Shown piece by piece: positions 61,351 through 64,000 of a stretch of DNA of 64,000 bases. The stretch's first letter is position 1. Each line of letters begins with the position of its first letter. Source of the stretch: Octopus vulgaris (lineage: Eukaryota). The DNA is taken from positions 33,604,001-33,668,000 of the forward strand of contig OX597838.1 in NCBI GenBank assembly GCA_951406725.2, read 5' to 3'. Under the pieces are notes generated by a model. It was not told the origin of the DNA, searched no databases, and saw only the letters and a program-made list of their open reading frames with translations. Both the position numbers and the translations under genes were made by a program.

Positions 61351-63640
61351 CTGAAAATAAAGAATGAAGAAAGGACATTAAGAAAACCGTCCATCTTTGT
61401 AAATAAACAAACAATATTTTTAAATAATCCTCTTGTTCTTTCTCCGGTGGTGGCCATTTAACTGTGGCCAGTCTGGGGTACACTGCTTTCAAGTATCTTT
61501 TTTTAATTTTGCATCTGTTTCGGTCATTGGACTGCGGTCATACTGGGGCACTGCCTTCAATTTTATTGCTTTTTAAAGCCTGGTATTTATTCTATTGATC
61601 TCTTTTGCTGAACCACTAAGTTATAGGGACATAAACACACCAACACCAGTTGTGAAGTGATAGTGGCGGATAAACACAAACACTAAAACACACACAAGCT
61701 TTTTTCGGTTTCCATCTACCAAATTTACAAGGCTTTGGTTGGCCCAAGGCTATAGACACTTGCCCAAGGTACCATGCAGTGGGACTGAACCTGGAACCAT
61801 GTGGTTGGGAAGCAAGCTTCTTTCCACACAGCTAAAGTAGTACAAACAAAAACAGGTGGCAAGAGTTAAACAACAGGTCGACTCTGATCCAGTAGACCAA
61901 TGTTGAAAGATATTCCATCCATGACCACCTCACTCTAATTTCAGGTAAATCTACATCTATATTGGTAAGATGTAATGCAAGAAGAATTCAGCTACTGTTT
62001 CTAGTAGGTAGATAGAGGCTACCTCATTGGCCCATTTAGAAAATTCAATAATTAGCTACAATGGAAGGCAGATGTCAACTAATTATTTTAGAATTTATCA
62101 ACCATATAGGCGCAGGAGTGGCTGTGTGGTAAGTAGCTTGCTAACCAACCACATGGTTCCGTGTTCAGTCCCACTGCGTGGCATCTTGGGCAAGTGTCTT
62201 CTACTATAGCCTCGGGCCGACCAATGCCTTGTAGTGGATTTGGTAGACGGAAACTGAAAGAAGCCCGTCGTATATATGTATATATATATATATATGCATG
62301 TATGTGTTTGTGTGCCTGTGTTTGTCCCCCTAGCATTGCTTGACAACCGATGCTGGTGTGTTTACGTCCCCGTCACTTAGCGGTTCGGCAAAAAGAGACC
62401 GATAGAATAAGTACTGGGCTTACAAAGAATAAGTCCCGGGGTCGATTTGCTCGACTAAAGGCGGTGCTCCAGCATGGCCGCAGTCAAATGACTGAAACAA
62501 GTAAAAGAGAGTTTGGAAGTAATTATAGAATTATCAAATGGAAGTATTACACCCACATACAACTATGTGTAAGTGTGTATGTACATAGATACGAATCACA
62601 TACACACATTCATGTACAATCATCATCATTACCACATTCGTTTTTCCATGCAAGCATGGGTTGTATGAGACTTTTTGAGGCAGTGTATTACAGCCAAGTA
62701 CCCTTGCTCGTGCCACTTGTTTAGTCACCTGTTATAATGCACAGATACAGAGTACCTATTCTAAAACCTAGATACTCATGTACTCAAGAAGACCTCAAAT
62801 CGCCAGGCCTGGTCGGCGTTTGTGAGAGATGCAGCACTGAGGATGAATGAAGCCAGTTCGACCCACCCCGGGTGAATGCTGTCAAGTCAAGTCGACCCAT
62901 CCTCCACAGCTGAAGTGTTAAGGCCACTGCCCCTCATGAAGAGGATTGGCCAGCAAGAGTCTTGTGCTGGTGCCACATAAAAAGCACTCCTGTTGATGCC
63001 ACATTAAAAGCACACAGCATACATTGTAAAGTGGTTGGTATTATGAAGGGCAGGCCTGCTGCGAGCTGGCAGAAACGTTAGCACGCCGGGCGAAATGCGT
63101 AGCTGTATTTCGTCTGCCATTACGTTGGGAGTTCAAACTCCGCCGAGGTCGACTTTGCCTTTCATCCTTTCGGGGTCGATAAATTAAGCACCAGTTATGC
63201 ACTGGGGTCGATGTAATCGACTTAATACCTATGTCTGTCCTTGTTTGTCCCTTCTGTGTTTAGCCCATTGTGGGCAATAAAGAAATACGTATTATGAAGG
63301 GCATCGAGTCATAGAATACATAAACATACAACCAGCATTTACTCAAGCAATAGGGACTACATGCACTGACAAGAGACTAAGATCCAAAATCAGACATGGA
63401 CAACCTTTTTTTGAGAATTGGGCCACATGAGGCATGCTTCATCATCAGGTGAGCTACACTACTAAAAAAAAATTCAAAGTAATTTTTCGTCAGATGTGGC
63501 ATTCAGAAAGGCCCCCAGGCCACAGGTTGCCCGCGACTGCTCTACATATTAGGTCAACTTGCTAGAAATAGCAGCCAAATCTCTCTCAAATCGCCATGTA
63601 ATGTCCCTAAAACAGAAATTATACAATGTACACTATACAG

Positions 63641-63677
<37 letters not shown>

Positions 63678-64000
63678 AAAAGCAGTATGGACCCAGATGG
63701 AAAGCAGTTGATCATAGCTCTGCCCAATCACAGTTAACCTGGAGTTAAAAAACACCATCACCAACACAAATAAGCACAAGCTCAACCTGTTAAAAATAGC
63801 AGCTAAATCACACATGCTACAGTCTGATAAAAAACAGAAGGAACAACCTACATAGACATGGATACACCAAAAATGACAGCTGCAGCATCTTTGAAGGTAA
63901 ATCAGCTGCCCAACCAGGGTAGACCCAGGGCTAAATAAATGCAGCAACACTGGATGCAATAATGAAGTATTACAGAGACCATAAAATGTAATAGAGAGAG

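Noticed and set aside
61351-64000. First coding exon or promoter of BAZ1A
   Set aside because: No MPLL..KPF-like start exon found; the region is SINE/MITE-filled intron.

Overview
Eukaryotic, AT-rich, repeat-dense animal DNA. The SINE/MITE repertoire looks like a coleoid cephalopod (probably Octopus); this is my recognition, not a search result. Two spliced genes lie tail-to-tail. The last 6 coding exons of axonemal dynein heavy chain DNAH2 are on + (140-6190). Twenty-one coding exons of BAZ1A/ACF1 (WAC-DDT-WHIM-PHD-PHD-bromodomain) are on - (61350-12942); the first coding exon lies beyond the window. All exons were joined by hand with GT-AG sites and consistent phases. Introns hold at least four SINE families, CR1/RTE LINE ends, a Penelope GIY-YIG fragment, Helitrons and piggyBac/hAT/TcMar/Merlin-like MITEs. 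The main unexplained signal is a set of about 10 type-I hammerhead-ribozyme-like motifs from about 7 unrelated Penelope-type repeat families. They include a sense-strand pair flanking one BAZ1A exon, a 21-copy 33-bp satellite made of the hammerhead catalytic core, and a 355-bp retrozyme-like unit. Ribozyme activity is inferred from hand folding only.
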